From the NCBI GenBank assembly GCA_964388055.1, contig CAYLXU010000001.1, positions 17,120 through 58,061 of the forward strand: DNA of 40,942 nucleotides, written 5' to 3'. Shown here piece by piece: positions 8,330 to 16,718 of this stretch. Made by a program: the position numbers and the translations under genes. Positions within the stretch are counted from its first letter, which is position 1. Each line of letters starts with the position of its first letter. This DNA is from an uncultured Candidatus Saccharibacteria bacterium. GTDB taxonomy: Bacteria > Patescibacteriota > Minisyncoccia > UBA6257 > JACRHW01. The notes beneath the pieces are model-generated. The model had not been told where the DNA came from. It was given only the letters and a program-made list of their open reading frames with translations, and searched no databases.

Positions 8330-8914
8330 ATGAGGATATTTGGCGTGCTGATTTTCTTTCTTTGTCTGACATGTGCCCTGGAATGTGCGGCAGAAGATAG
8401 TGCATTACAGCAGAAGATATCCCTACTTACGATAGAGAACCGAGTCGGTCGCACAATAAAGGTAAATATTAACCAAGACTTCATTGCGTATGTATTGCCT
8501 GGTGAGCGGTATGTGCACAACATTTACGTGTTTCCAGGTGAGGTATACCCCATACATGTAACTGCCTGGATGGGGCATGACGAAACGGAAGAGTATCGTA
8601 GGGCAGTAGTGTATGGGAGAAACTTGACCCCTGTGATTTTTACGAAAGATAGCTTCAAATATGCACGTTGGGAGGATCAAGAAAGGTCCAATATTGTGCT
8701 TACTATTGTGAACGAGGCAAAGTTTCCCATCGAGATTTTCTATGAGGGAAAAAGGGTTGGGGTATGTGGTTATCTTAAGAGCAAGGTATTGCGTGTTTCT
8801 CCCGGGGTGCTTCATGTACGACTTCTAAAAAACGGGCATTCAAAAGTGCTCGCACAGGAACTTTTCGTTTCAAACACACTTACTTTTAGAGAGCGAGATT
8901 TTTTACTTTACTAG
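8330..8914 (+). CDS. Secreted hypothetical protein, paralog 1
   Basis: The SD GGGAGGTG lies 5 nt upstream and the N-terminus is a signal-like MRIFGVLIFFLCLTCALECAA. It is collinear with the next ORF. Confidence 0.6.
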   Translation: MRIFGVLIFFLCLTCALECAAEDSALQQKISLLTIENRVGRTIKVNINQDFIAYVLPGERYVHNIYVFPGEVYPIHVTAWMGHDETEEYRRAVVYGRNLTPVIFTKDSFKYARWEDQERSNIVLTIVNEAKFPIEIFYEGKRVGVCGYLKSKVLRVSPGVLHVRLLKNGHSKVLAQELFVSNTLTFRERDFLLY

Positions 8915-8982
8915 ATAACAATCTCGTGGTATAATTTTAACAGTTCGTTGCCACACTAAGGGCAGAAAAGGGGTGTGATGAG

Positions 8983-9570
8983 ATGAAGTGGTTTCGTGTA
9001 ATTATATGCGTCTTGTTTGCATCGTTTGTTCTTATGAGTTCTTCGCGTGCCTACGGATACGATGAACAGCTCTATGTTGTACCCATTTCTATAATTAATC
9101 ATTCTGGTGCCCAGATCAGGGTGTATGTAGGTCATGAGTTCGTGGATTATTTGGAGTCTGGTGAACGGATGGTGTATAACGTTTCGTTATTTCCAAACGA
9201 GACGGTTCGGGTGGATATCCATGCGCGATTAGGTAGATATGTGAGTAAGACATACACGAGGTTTGCTACATTCTTGGGGGGCGTTTCTCCTGTGGTATTT
9301 ACTCGGGAAAGCTTCTTTGTGAGGAGCGTGGGCCCTGAGGCGCGAGAAAGAATAGTGTCCTGTATGTTTGCAAATGAGACGATGCATGTTCTTGATGTGT
9401 TTGTAGATGGAAAGCTGATCGGATCCCTGTTGCCTGATGAGGTAAAGGCATTTCGTGTCCCCGAGGGACTTGTTCTGATTCGATCAAATCGTATCGATTA
9501 TGCAAAGTTTATTACGCGATGGGCTGTAGAATCGCGAATTCTTATCATACGAGATTCAGATTTTTGGTAA
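8983..9570 (+). CDS. Secreted hypothetical protein, paralog 2
   Basis: The signal-like N-terminus is MKWFRVIICVLFASFVLMSSSRA. It shares motifs with 8330-8914 (I-x-N-x-x-G-x-x-I-x-V, GER-x-V-x-N, F-P-x-E, VVFT[KR][DE]SF). Confidence 0.6.
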   Translation: MKWFRVIICVLFASFVLMSSSRAYGYDEQLYVVPISIINHSGAQIRVYVGHEFVDYLESGERMVYNVSLFPNETVRVDIHARLGRYVSKTYTRFATFLGGVSPVVFTRESFFVRSVGPEARERIVSCMFANETMHVLDVFVDGKLIGSLLPDEVKAFRVPEGLVLIRSNRIDYAKFITRWAVESRILIIRDSDFW

Positions 9571-9571
9571 T

Positions 9572-9600
9572 AAAAAACCCCACATGGGGTTTTCTTTATA
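9572..9600. terminator. Bidirectional intrinsic terminator
   Basis: AAAACCCC-ACAT-GGGGTTTT (9574-9593) lies between convergent genes and has U-runs on both strands. Confidence 0.65.
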
Positions 9601-9603
9601 TTT

Positions 9604-9969
9604 TTACGGTTTCCAGTTCGGGTTGTTATACACATGAGGGTATTTTTTTCTTATTTTTGTGAAATGTATAAACATGGGACCAAACGTGCAAAGCATCATC
9701 CAAGGACATACATACAATACTAGTATCAAGAGAGGATCTCTGTATGAGAGGTATGCAAGAACGATAAGCAGAGAGACAAGTCCCACTGCTCCTCCGACAA
9801 AAATTGGACCTTGTAATTTGTTTGCCTCTTTTACACTTTTTGCTTGTTCGTATATGAGGCCAGATACGTCGATGCCGGATTTGTGGAATAAAAATCCGCA
9901 GAACGAACAATACATTGACCCGTTAACCACACTGCTCCAATAACCACAGTTCTTACAGAGTGCTTGCAT
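9604..9969 (-). CDS. Zinc-ribbon membrane protein (hypothetical)
   Basis: CKNCGYW...CSFCGF is a four-Cys ribbon, followed by two hydrophobic helices. The start is placed at MQALCKNC (ATG 9969); the track ORF extends to 10050. Confidence 0.45.
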   Translation of the reverse strand: MQALCKNCGYWSSVVNGSMYCSFCGFLFHKSGIDVSGLIYEQAKSVKEANKLQGPIFVGGAVGLVSLLIVLAYLSYRDPLLILVLYVCPWMMLCTFGPMFIHFTKIRKKYPHVYNNPNWKP

Positions 9970-10447
9970 GGTGTGGCTGCTCCTTTTCTTTTTTATTTTC
10001 TGAGAGCGTGGCCAGAAGAACTTCTCTTCCCTCCACAACGCCGTATACAAGATGTGAAAATCCTACAATCAAAATTGGTATTCGACACTGAGACCAGAAA
10101 TCGACATTCACTGTTGGGAGTAGGTGAGGAATGAAAAGCGCGCTTGAAATAAACAGAATGGCTACAAATCCGCCGCCAAAAAATCCAACAAAAAATACGG
10201 CAAGTTTAACGAGTATTGGGTGACCTTCAATGCGGAAGTTTTCAAGAATTTGTACAAAACCACTTGCCCCGTCCTTCGGTGAAAAAGAAAACCAGTTAAT
10301 ATTGAGTTTTCCTCGATATCCGAGCATGCGATATGCGATGACGTGTCCCATTTCATGAACAGGTATAGAAATGAGAACAAGGGTGTACATCCCAACAGCA
10401 AATAAAAGCATCTCAGCCGATTCAATAAGAAGAGGCAACGCGATCAA
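9953..10447 (-). CDS. Polytopic membrane protein with an HExxH motif (putative zinc metalloprotease)
   Basis: PVHEMGHVIAY sits at the end of a TM helix, and further hydrophobic helices follow. The family cannot be assigned by eye. Confidence 0.45.
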   Translation of the reverse strand: MIALPLLIESAEMLLFAVGMYTLVLISIPVHEMGHVIAYRMLGYRGKLNINWFSFSPKDGASGFVQILENFRIEGHPILVKLAVFFVGFFGGGFVAILFISSALFIPHLLPTVNVDFWSQCRIPILIVGFSHLVYGVVEGREVLLATLSENKKEKEQPHHASTL

Positions 10448-10541
10448 CCCCTCTTTTCAAGTTGCTGGTTGTGATATTACCACAATACTTTTGTGTGGTC
10501 AATATATCTCTTTCAGATTTCCTGCTATTCTTAGATTGGTT

Positions 10542-10547
10542 TATTAT
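10542..10547 (+). promoter_or_regulatory. -10-like TATTAT placed 6 nt before the tsaE ATG (possible leaderless start)
   Basis: TATTAT is at 10542-10547, followed by GGAATT and then ATG at 10554. There is no SD. Confidence 0.3.
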
Positions 10548-10553
10548 GGAATT

Positions 10554-11003
10554 ATGAAGAAAGAACTCACAATTCTTACGCAAAACGATAAAGAAACAAG
10601 GGAGCTTGCTGAGGGGCTTGCAACTGAACTCATCACGGGGCAAAACGTATGCAATGTGGTGAGTTTAGAAGGCGATTTGGGTGCAGGAAAGACCACATTT
10701 ATGCAAGGATTTGCTCGCGGGTTTGGCGTAAAGCAACAAATTACAAGTCCTACATTTATTATCTTCCGGGTTTTTGATTTAAGGCGTAATCCTTTCAAGC
10801 GTTTGTATCACTTTGATCTCTATCGTTTAAAGTCATACGAGGATTTAGAAATATTGGGTTTTAAGGAAATTATTTCAGACCCACGCAATATGGTAGTAAT
10901 TGAGTGGGGGGACATGATTCGTGAACATCTTCCTAAGCACGTTCAGATTACGTTCCGAGGATTGCTGCAGAATGTAAGGGAAATAAAAATAATAAAAAAA
11001 TAA
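10554..11003 (+). CDS. tsaE: tRNA t6A37 biosynthesis ATPase TsaE (YjeE)
   Basis: GDLGAGKTTFMQGFARGFGV...ITSPTFII...HFDLYR is the TsaE signature. The start is moved to MKKELTIL (ATG 10554); the track ORF begins at 10371. Confidence 0.85.
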   Translation: MKKELTILTQNDKETRELAEGLATELITGQNVCNVVSLEGDLGAGKTTFMQGFARGFGVKQQITSPTFIIFRVFDLRRNPFKRLYHFDLYRLKSYEDLEILGFKEIISDPRNMVVIEWGDMIREHLPKHVQITFRGLLQNVREIKIIKK

Positions 11004-11029
11004 AATCTCAAAATAGAAAATTGTGGAAA

Positions 11030-11068
11030 TGTGAAATTCTTTTTGAGAAATTTCACACCATAATTTTT
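11030..11068 (+). terminator. Hairpin with T-run after tsaE, nested inside a longer inverted repeat
   Basis: GTGAAATT (11030-11037) pairs with AATTTCAC (11049-11056), followed by ACCATAATTTTT. The outer arms are AATCTCAAA (11003-11011) and TTTGAGATT (11072-11080). Confidence 0.35.
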
Positions 11069-11097
11069 AACTTTGAGATTTGCACTTTGAATTTTGT

Positions 11098-13671
11098 ATG
11101 AAGACTCTAGTTCTAATTGATGCTAACGCCTTAATCCATCGGGCGTTTTATGCGTTGCCACCAATGTCAGACAAGAATGGGCACCCCACTAATGCATTGT
11201 ATGGTCTCTCAAGCATTCTCCTCAAGATAGTTCGTGAATTGAAGCCCGATTACGCAGTTGCAGCATTTGATCTTGCGGCTCCCACATTTCGTCACAAGGA
11301 GTATGAGGCATATAAAGCTCAACGGAAAAAAGCCTCCCCAGAGCTTATAAGTCAGATTAAGGAAGCCCCGAAAATATTTGAGGCGTTTGGCATCAAAGTG
11401 CTTAGCAAGGAAGGTTATGAGGCAGACGATGTAATTGCCACGTGTGTCGAGGAATTTAAAAAAGAACCGGATCTCAAGATTATTATTATTACCGGAGATC
11501 TAGACACCTTGCAGCTTGTTTCTGGAGAGAAGGTTGTGGTTTCCACGATGAAGAAGGGAATTGGGGAGACCGTTGTCTATGATGAGCGTGAAGTAAAAGC
11601 TCGTTTTGATCTTTCTCCGGAACAGATGCCCGACTTCAAGGGGCTTAAAGGGGATCCTTCGGATAATATTCCTGGCGTACCTGGAATAGGGGAAAAGACT
11701 GCCATCCAACTTCTTAGGCAGTTTCATACTCTTGAAAATCTTTTTGAAAAAATTGAGGCGGATAAGACCCTCGTAAATGAGAAGACATACGTGAAACTTG
11801 TGGAAAATAAAGATCAGGCTTTTTTTAGCAAGTATTTAGCAGTAACAAAAAGAGATCTTCCCTTGGGGGTTGTCCTATCAGATTTAAGTTTTTCTCTATC
11901 TGAGGACGTGTTGCGTGGTGTCTTTGAGGAGCGGAATTTTAGAAGTCTTGTAGTGCGACTTATGGAGAAGGAGGGTGAGGCAGGAAAGGAAGAAAAAGAG
12001 AAGGAGATAGAACAAGGAGAAAAAAGAATGGATTGTGAGACGTTTTTAAAAATGCCAGGAAAAGAATTTTTTTTATTTCTTGAAGGGGATGATTTGTGGA
12101 TTGCGAATAGGTCGAGTAGTTGTATAGTGACCCCTCTTCAGGCAGGACTGTTGGAACGATTCTACAAGAATGACGGATACTACATTGGCCATGATATAAA
12201 AGCGCTTTTAAGGTGGCACAAACGACATGGTGTGCTCCCCCCTTTCTTTTCATTTGATACCATGATTGGAGCATGGCTTCTGGACCCGGAACGACGAGAC
12301 TATAACATTGCTGCCGTTATCGAACGGATATTTAAAAAAGAGAAAAATGAAGACCTTCTTTTCCCCTTATATGAGTGGATTAAAAAGAAAATAGATCAAT
12401 ATGAATTGCAGTATGTATACAGTAATATCGAGTTACCGCTTACCCCAATTTTAAGTGAAATGGAAATGCGGGGAATTGGTGTTGACGTTGATTCGCTTGT
12501 AAGTTTGGGAGAGAAAACGAATGTCGCGCTTAAGGAGCTTGAAGAGGAGATACATAAGGAGACTGGTAGTTCATTTAATATCAATTCCCCTAAACAGCTA
12601 AGCGAGGTTCTTTTTACGCTTTTAAAACTTCCCACAAAAGGTATCCGAAAAACACCGCAAGGGGCACTTTCCACAGACGCCTCGGAATTGGCAAAATTGC
12701 GAGATAAGCACCCCGCAATTGATTTAATTTTGCGTTACAGAGAACTTAATAAGTTAAAGACGACGTATATAGATGCGCTTCCCAAATTTGTGGAAGAGAG
12801 TACGAGGAGGCTTCATACGACATTTCATCAAACAGGAACTGCCACAGGGCGACTATCTTCTTCCGAACCGAACTTACAAAATATTCCCGCCCAAGGCGAC
12901 GAAGCGCGAATGATACGAGATGCATTCATTCCAGAAAAGGGTTTTCAGTTTGTAGCATTTGATTATTCTCAGCTTGAGTTGCGTATTGTTGCCGCTCTTT
13001 CAAAGGACGAAAAAATGGTTAACGCGTTTTTAGAAGGAAAAGACATTCATGCGCTCACTGCAGCGGAAGTCAATAACATTTCTTTAGATGATGTGACTCC
13101 TGAGTTGCGTCGTCATGCGAAGACTCTTAACTTTGGAATGGTATATGGGATGGGGGCGCGTGCGTTTGCAGAAAGTTCAGGATTATCTTTTGCTGACGCA
13201 AAACGTTTTATTCAAGAGTACTTTAGCGATTTTAAGGGGATTAAAACGTATCAGGATTCGATTATTAGTTTTGCTAAAACATATGGATATGTAAAAACAG
13301 AGACAGGAAGACGACGTTACCTTTCAGACATTGTTTCAGGCAATCCCAAGTTTCAATCCCAAGCGGAACGTGCCGCGATTAATATGCCGGTTCAAGGACT
13401 TGCCGCGGACATCATGAAACTTGCCATGATTCATGTTAATGCCTGGATACGTGAAAAAAAACTAGAGGATGATGTCAGGTTGCTTTTAAGTATTCACGAT
13501 GAACTTGTTTTTGAAATAGCAGAGGGGGTTGAGAATAATGTGATACAAAAGATTAGGGAGATAATGGAACACGCACTTTCCCTAAGTAATGTTAAAGGGC
13601 TTAATCTTAGCGTTCCACTTGTGGTGGACATGAAAGCGGGAAACAGTTGGGGCAACATGAAAAAAATGTAA
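11098..13671 (+). CDS. polA: DNA polymerase I with 5'-3' exonuclease domain
   Basis: The 5' nuclease N-terminus is LVLIDANALIHRAFYA. The Pol A motifs are present: DYSQLELRIVA (motif A), RRHAKTLNFGMVYGM (motif B) and SIHDELVFE (motif C). The start is placed at ATG 11098. Confidence 0.95.
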   Translation: MKTLVLIDANALIHRAFYALPPMSDKNGHPTNALYGLSSILLKIVRELKPDYAVAAFDLAAPTFRHKEYEAYKAQRKKASPELISQIKEAPKIFEAFGIKVLSKEGYEADDVIATCVEEFKKEPDLKIIIITGDLDTLQLVSGEKVVVSTMKKGIGETVVYDEREVKARFDLSPEQMPDFKGLKGDPSDNIPGVPGIGEKTAIQLLRQFHTLENLFEKIEADKTLVNEKTYVKLVENKDQAFFSKYLAVTKRDLPLGVVLSDLSFSLSEDVLRGVFEERNFRSLVVRLMEKEGEAGKEEKEKEIEQGEKRMDCETFLKMPGKEFFLFLEGDDLWIANRSSSCIVTPLQAGLLERFYKNDGYYIGHDIKALLRWHKRHGVLPPFFSFDTMIGAWLLDPERRDYNIAAVIERIFKKEKNEDLLFPLYEWIKKKIDQYELQYVYSNIELPLTPILSEMEMRGIGVDVDSLVSLGEKTNVALKELEEEIHKETGSSFNINSPKQLSEVLFTLLKLPTKGIRKTPQGALSTDASELAKLRDKHPAIDLILRYRELNKLKTTYIDALPKFVEESTRRLHTTFHQTGTATGRLSSSEPNLQNIPAQGDEARMIRDAFIPEKGFQFVAFDYSQLELRIVAALSKDEKMVNAFLEGKDIHALTAAEVNNISLDDVTPELRRHAKTLNFGMVYGMGARAFAESSGLSFADAKRFIQEYFSDFKGIKTYQDSIISFAKTYGYVKTETGRRRYLSDIVSGNPKFQSQAERAAINMPVQGLAADIMKLAMIHVNAWIREKKLEDDVRLLLSIHDELVFEIAEGVENNVIQKIREIMEHALSLSNVKGLNLSVPLVVDMKAGNSWGNMKKM

Positions 13672-13686
13672 AATTCAAAAATCAAT

Positions 13687-14634
13687 ATGATTATTTTTCT
13701 CTACGGTCCGGATCGACACCGGCTTCTTAAAAAGAAAAAAGAGATTGTTGATGTGTACATGGCGCGCAACGTCACGGCTTTGGATTTTAAGAAATTCGAC
13801 TTTGAACGAAAAGAAGACGTTTTTGGTTTGGAAGGTTTTTTTAAAACGCATTCTATGTTTGCGACAAAGAAGCTCGCAGCCGTAGATAACTGTCTCGCGC
13901 GCGAGCATGAGCTTATGAGTTTTCTTGAGGACCTTAATGTTGCTGAAGATCCTATGCGTACTGTTCTCCTGTCTCATCATGGCGACCTTCCTAAAAAGGG
14001 CGCGTTTGTGGAATACATAGAAAACGGGGGAAATATAAAAACACAGAGCTTTTCATTGCCCACAAAGTCTACGACGAATAGTCTTATAAAAGACTGGTTA
14101 GATAAGACAGGTCTTAGCGCTGATGCGCGTACTGTGCTGGCGCTGGGAGAATATTATGGAAATGATTTTGGAAAGCTTGAGTTTGCAATGGAACGACTTT
14201 TGTTGTGGAAGCGCGCTAATTCATCCTTACATGTAACAGCGCAGGATTTGGAATTTTTCATTCCTGAAACTGAGGAGAATATTTTTACTTTTGTGGAGGC
14301 ACTTATTAAAAAGGACATTGAAGAAATTTACCGCATTATTCGAGCAACTACGTACGCAAAAAGAAATGTCTGGGATATTTTAAGGATCTTTGATTTCGAG
14401 TTAAAACAACTTGTGCTCGTGATGAGTGGTGACAAGAAGGGGATGGGTGGTCTTTCTGCCTGGGTGCGTGGCAAGTTAGAACGTATTACTAAATTGACTT
14501 CGGAGAGGGAGATTATAGCGTGGTACAACACAATAGCCTCGCTGGATGCGAGGCTAAAGAGAAGTGAAATAGGGGAAGATGAGGCGTTCGAAGAGATAAT
14601 ATCAACCCCGCTTCTGTTCGCCACTATTTCTTAG
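13687..14634 (+). CDS. holA: DNA polymerase III delta subunit-like (HolA), intact copy
   Basis: It has the MIIFLYGPDRHRLLKK N-terminus, a length of 315 aa, a helical C-terminal half, and a position 15 nt after polA. Family assignment is by overall pattern only. Confidence 0.6.
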   Translation: MIIFLYGPDRHRLLKKKKEIVDVYMARNVTALDFKKFDFERKEDVFGLEGFFKTHSMFATKKLAAVDNCLAREHELMSFLEDLNVAEDPMRTVLLSHHGDLPKKGAFVEYIENGGNIKTQSFSLPTKSTTNSLIKDWLDKTGLSADARTVLALGEYYGNDFGKLEFAMERLLLWKRANSSLHVTAQDLEFFIPETEENIFTFVEALIKKDIEEIYRIIRATTYAKRNVWDILRIFDFELKQLVLVMSGDKKGMGGLSAWVRGKLERITKLTSEREIIAWYNTIASLDARLKRSEIGEDEAFEEIISTPLLFATIS

Positions 14635-14857
14635 ATGAGGCAGTTTTTGCGGCTCGTGACTTAAGACGAGCAGCTTTGTTGCGATGAATTACGCCAGTTT
14701 TTACAGCCTTATCAATTGCTTTGTAGGCAAGAGGGAGTTCTTTTACAGAAGACATCTTTTTAAGCGCCGATTTAATGGCTGTCTTCTTTTGAATGTTGCG
14801 AGCTCTTCTTCTAAGGCTCTGGCGATATGCTTTTTGTGCTGATTTTGTATTCGGCAT
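14624..14857 (-). CDS. rpsT: 30S ribosomal protein bS20, copy 1
   Basis: MPNTKSAQKAYRQSLRRRARNIQKKTAIKSALKK is a typical bS20. An alternative start lies 3 codons upstream at 14866. Its 3' end overlaps the holA 3' end by 11 nt. Confidence 0.9.
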   Translation of the reverse strand: MPNTKSAQKAYRQSLRRRARNIQKKTAIKSALKKMSSVKELPLAYKAIDKAVKTGVIHRNKAARLKSRAAKTASSKK

Positions 14858-15025
14858 AGTAAACAAAATTTAAAAATCGAAACTACAATTTAAAACCAAA
14901 AAAAGTTTTTACTTGTTAATCTTAATAGTAAATACATTCGATCTTGTGTTAAGATATAACGTATTTTTCCGAAAAAGTAAAGGGGGTGGGTGGAGGTGAT
15001 AGTCTGACACAAGAATACATAAGAA

Positions 15026-15034
15026 TGTTATACT
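15026..15034 (+). promoter_or_regulatory. Extended -10 (TGtTATACT) placed 6 nt before the ATG (leaderless geometry), copy 1
   Basis: TG is at 15026-15027 and TATACT at 15029-15034, followed by ATATGT and ATG at 15041. A -35-like CTGACA is at 15004-15009. Confidence 0.4.
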
Positions 15035-15040
15035 ATATGT

Positions 15041-15730
15041 ATGTCACGCCGACTTAAATTACATCTTGACCCAAAAAAACGGTATCTTCAGGTGGCGTTA
15101 AATAGCACTCTCAAGGAGGCGCAGGATATTATTCGTCAATTGCCTGTGAGCGATCGTATTATCATTGAGGCGGGAACGCCACTTATTAAACAATATGGGG
15201 GAGAGGCAATACGGCAAGTTTATTCTTGGTGCAGAGAACATTTTTCCGGGTTTAACCCTTATGTTGTGGCAGACCTTAAAACAATGGATCGAGGGGCAAC
15301 AGAGGTAGAAATCGCTGCGAAGAGTGGTGCAAGCGCTGCAATTGCATTAGGTGTCGCTCCAATTGAGACGCTTAATTCATTTATAGACGCCTGTGAGGTG
15401 CGAGGTCTTGATGCAATGATTGATATGATGAACGTGGAGTTTCCTCTTTCTGTTCTCCGTGGACTCAAAAGAGTTCCCCCTGTCGTAATTTTACATCGGG
15501 GCGTTGATGAAGAATCTTTCAACAGAGAAAAACAGATACCTCTTCACGAAATCCGTCGTATTAAGGGGAACTATGATATCATGATTTCCATTGCGGGAGG
15601 GGATACATTACGAGAAGCGCAGCGGGCAATTTTTAACGATGCTGATATTGTAGTTATCTGGAAATCGGTGTTTAGTAGCACAAAAGATACTGCCCAACTG
15701 GTTTCCGACTTTTTAAAAGTAACAAAATAA
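15041..15730 (+). CDS. 3-hexulose-6-phosphate synthase-like protein (OMP decarboxylase superfamily), copy 1
   Basis: LQVALNSTLKEA...IIIEAGTPLIKQYGGEAI...VVADLKTMDRGATEVEIAAKSGASA...IAGG matches the HPS/KGPDC pattern (LQ[LV]ALD, E[VA]GTPL, ADLKT.D). Confidence 0.65.
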   Translation: MSRRLKLHLDPKKRYLQVALNSTLKEAQDIIRQLPVSDRIIIEAGTPLIKQYGGEAIRQVYSWCREHFSGFNPYVVADLKTMDRGATEVEIAAKSGASAAIALGVAPIETLNSFIDACEVRGLDAMIDMMNVEFPLSVLRGLKRVPPVVILHRGVDEESFNREKQIPLHEIRRIKGNYDIMISIAGGDTLREAQRAIFNDADIVVIWKSVFSSTKDTAQLVSDFLKVTK

Positions 15731-15750
15731 AATATATCTCCCGAAGAGGT

Positions 15751-16008
15751 TTACTTAAAATCGAACTCACCTTTTTCTGGTTTTTCTCCATCAACTTTGC
15801 TAAGAAGTATTCCTATCTCTTTCCCAATAGAAGAATATGAATCCATAAGCACCCCTTCGGATTCTATTGATAGTATTTTCATTCGAACACCACTGCTTAT
15901 AATCTCTTGTCCTTTTTGAAGGGTCCCTTTTTTAAGAACCCCTTCTACAAAATATCCTTCATCAAATTCCTTCAGGATATCTATGATTTCAACACGTGTG
16001 GTTTCCAT
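15751..16008 (-). CDS. Small hypothetical protein, possibly a translation-factor domain-2-like beta-barrel, copy 1
   Basis: It is 85 aa. GVLKKGTLQKGQEIISSGVRMKILSIESEG resembles the EF-Tu domain II pattern, but this is weak. Confidence 0.35.
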   Translation of the reverse strand: METTRVEIIDILKEFDEGYFVEGVLKKGTLQKGQEIISSGVRMKILSIESEGVLMDSYSSIGKEIGILLSKVDGEKPEKGEFDFK

Positions 16009-16016
16009 GGAGAGAT

Positions 16017-16715
16017 CTAGGGGGTGATGATGATGCCGATGTCGTTGGGTAGCTGAAGGGTGTAGGTTCCTATTTTAAACTTCGTGAGGGATTCGCGAAG
16101 TTTTTCTTTTAGTTCCTGTGGGGTAAGTGGAATAAGTAGTGGATCTTCTGTTCTAAAAAAAGACCCTTTTACTGTGGCAGGAAAGAGTATTTCATCATTT
16201 TCATTCCAGAGAACTGGTCGGTTGTCGTGCGTGTTTTGGAGGAGTGTTTGTATTTTTTTCCAATCCGAATCAAGGAATTCGTTTGTTTTCCAGTCGGCAT
16301 GTGTAAAAAAGACGCTCGTAACATTTTGGTCCATGATGGGTGGTCTGCAGAATATTACTGGTTTTGTGTTTGCAAACCTTTTCTCTACTTCATCTAGAAA
16401 GTGATCTTTGCAGTAAGAAGTTTCAATAATTTGGTCACTGGGATTGATAAAGCTGAGTGTAAAAAACGGCCTTCTCCACGGAAGAGATTCACCGTATCCG
16501 CATATTTTTGGTTTGTTTTTCCACCAACGGAAAAAAACAAAGAGAAGAATAACAGAAAAGAAGGAAATTTCGGAAAATGACTTTAGATCCAAAAATTGCT
16601 CTAAGCTCAAGGCGTTATAGACGGGTTCCATCATAAGGAACCAAACTATGCTAAAAAAGAAAAATAGTATGACGAATACGGCGATCTTGAACAACAAGAC
16701 GATCAATCCTAACAT
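16017..16715 (-). CDS. Hypothetical membrane protein (N-terminal TM helices plus soluble domain), copy 1
   Basis: Hydrophobic N-terminal helices (e.g. LGLIVLLFKIAVFVILFFFFSIVWFLMM, FFSVILLFVFF) precede a soluble domain. It starts 3 nt downstream of the SPFH gene. Confidence 0.5.
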   Translation of the reverse strand: MLGLIVLLFKIAVFVILFFFFSIVWFLMMEPVYNALSLEQFLDLKSFSEISFFSVILLFVFFRWWKNKPKICGYGESLPWRRPFFTLSFINPSDQIIETSYCKDHFLDEVEKRFANTKPVIFCRPPIMDQNVTSVFFTHADWKTNEFLDSDWKKIQTLLQNTHDNRPVLWNENDEILFPATVKGSFFRTEDPLLIPLTPQELKEKLRESLTKFKIGTYTLQLPNDIGIIITP

Positions 16716-16718
16716 GCG

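Noticed and set aside
14981-14999. The G-rich string AGGGGGTGGGTGGAGGTGA looks like a very strong SD or a G-quadruplex seed upstream of the HPS-like gene.
   Set aside because: No start codon lies at a usable distance: the GTG within it is followed by ATA GTC TGA, and the real ATG is about 40 nt away with its own -10 element. A G4 would need longer G-runs. It is left unexplained and not called.
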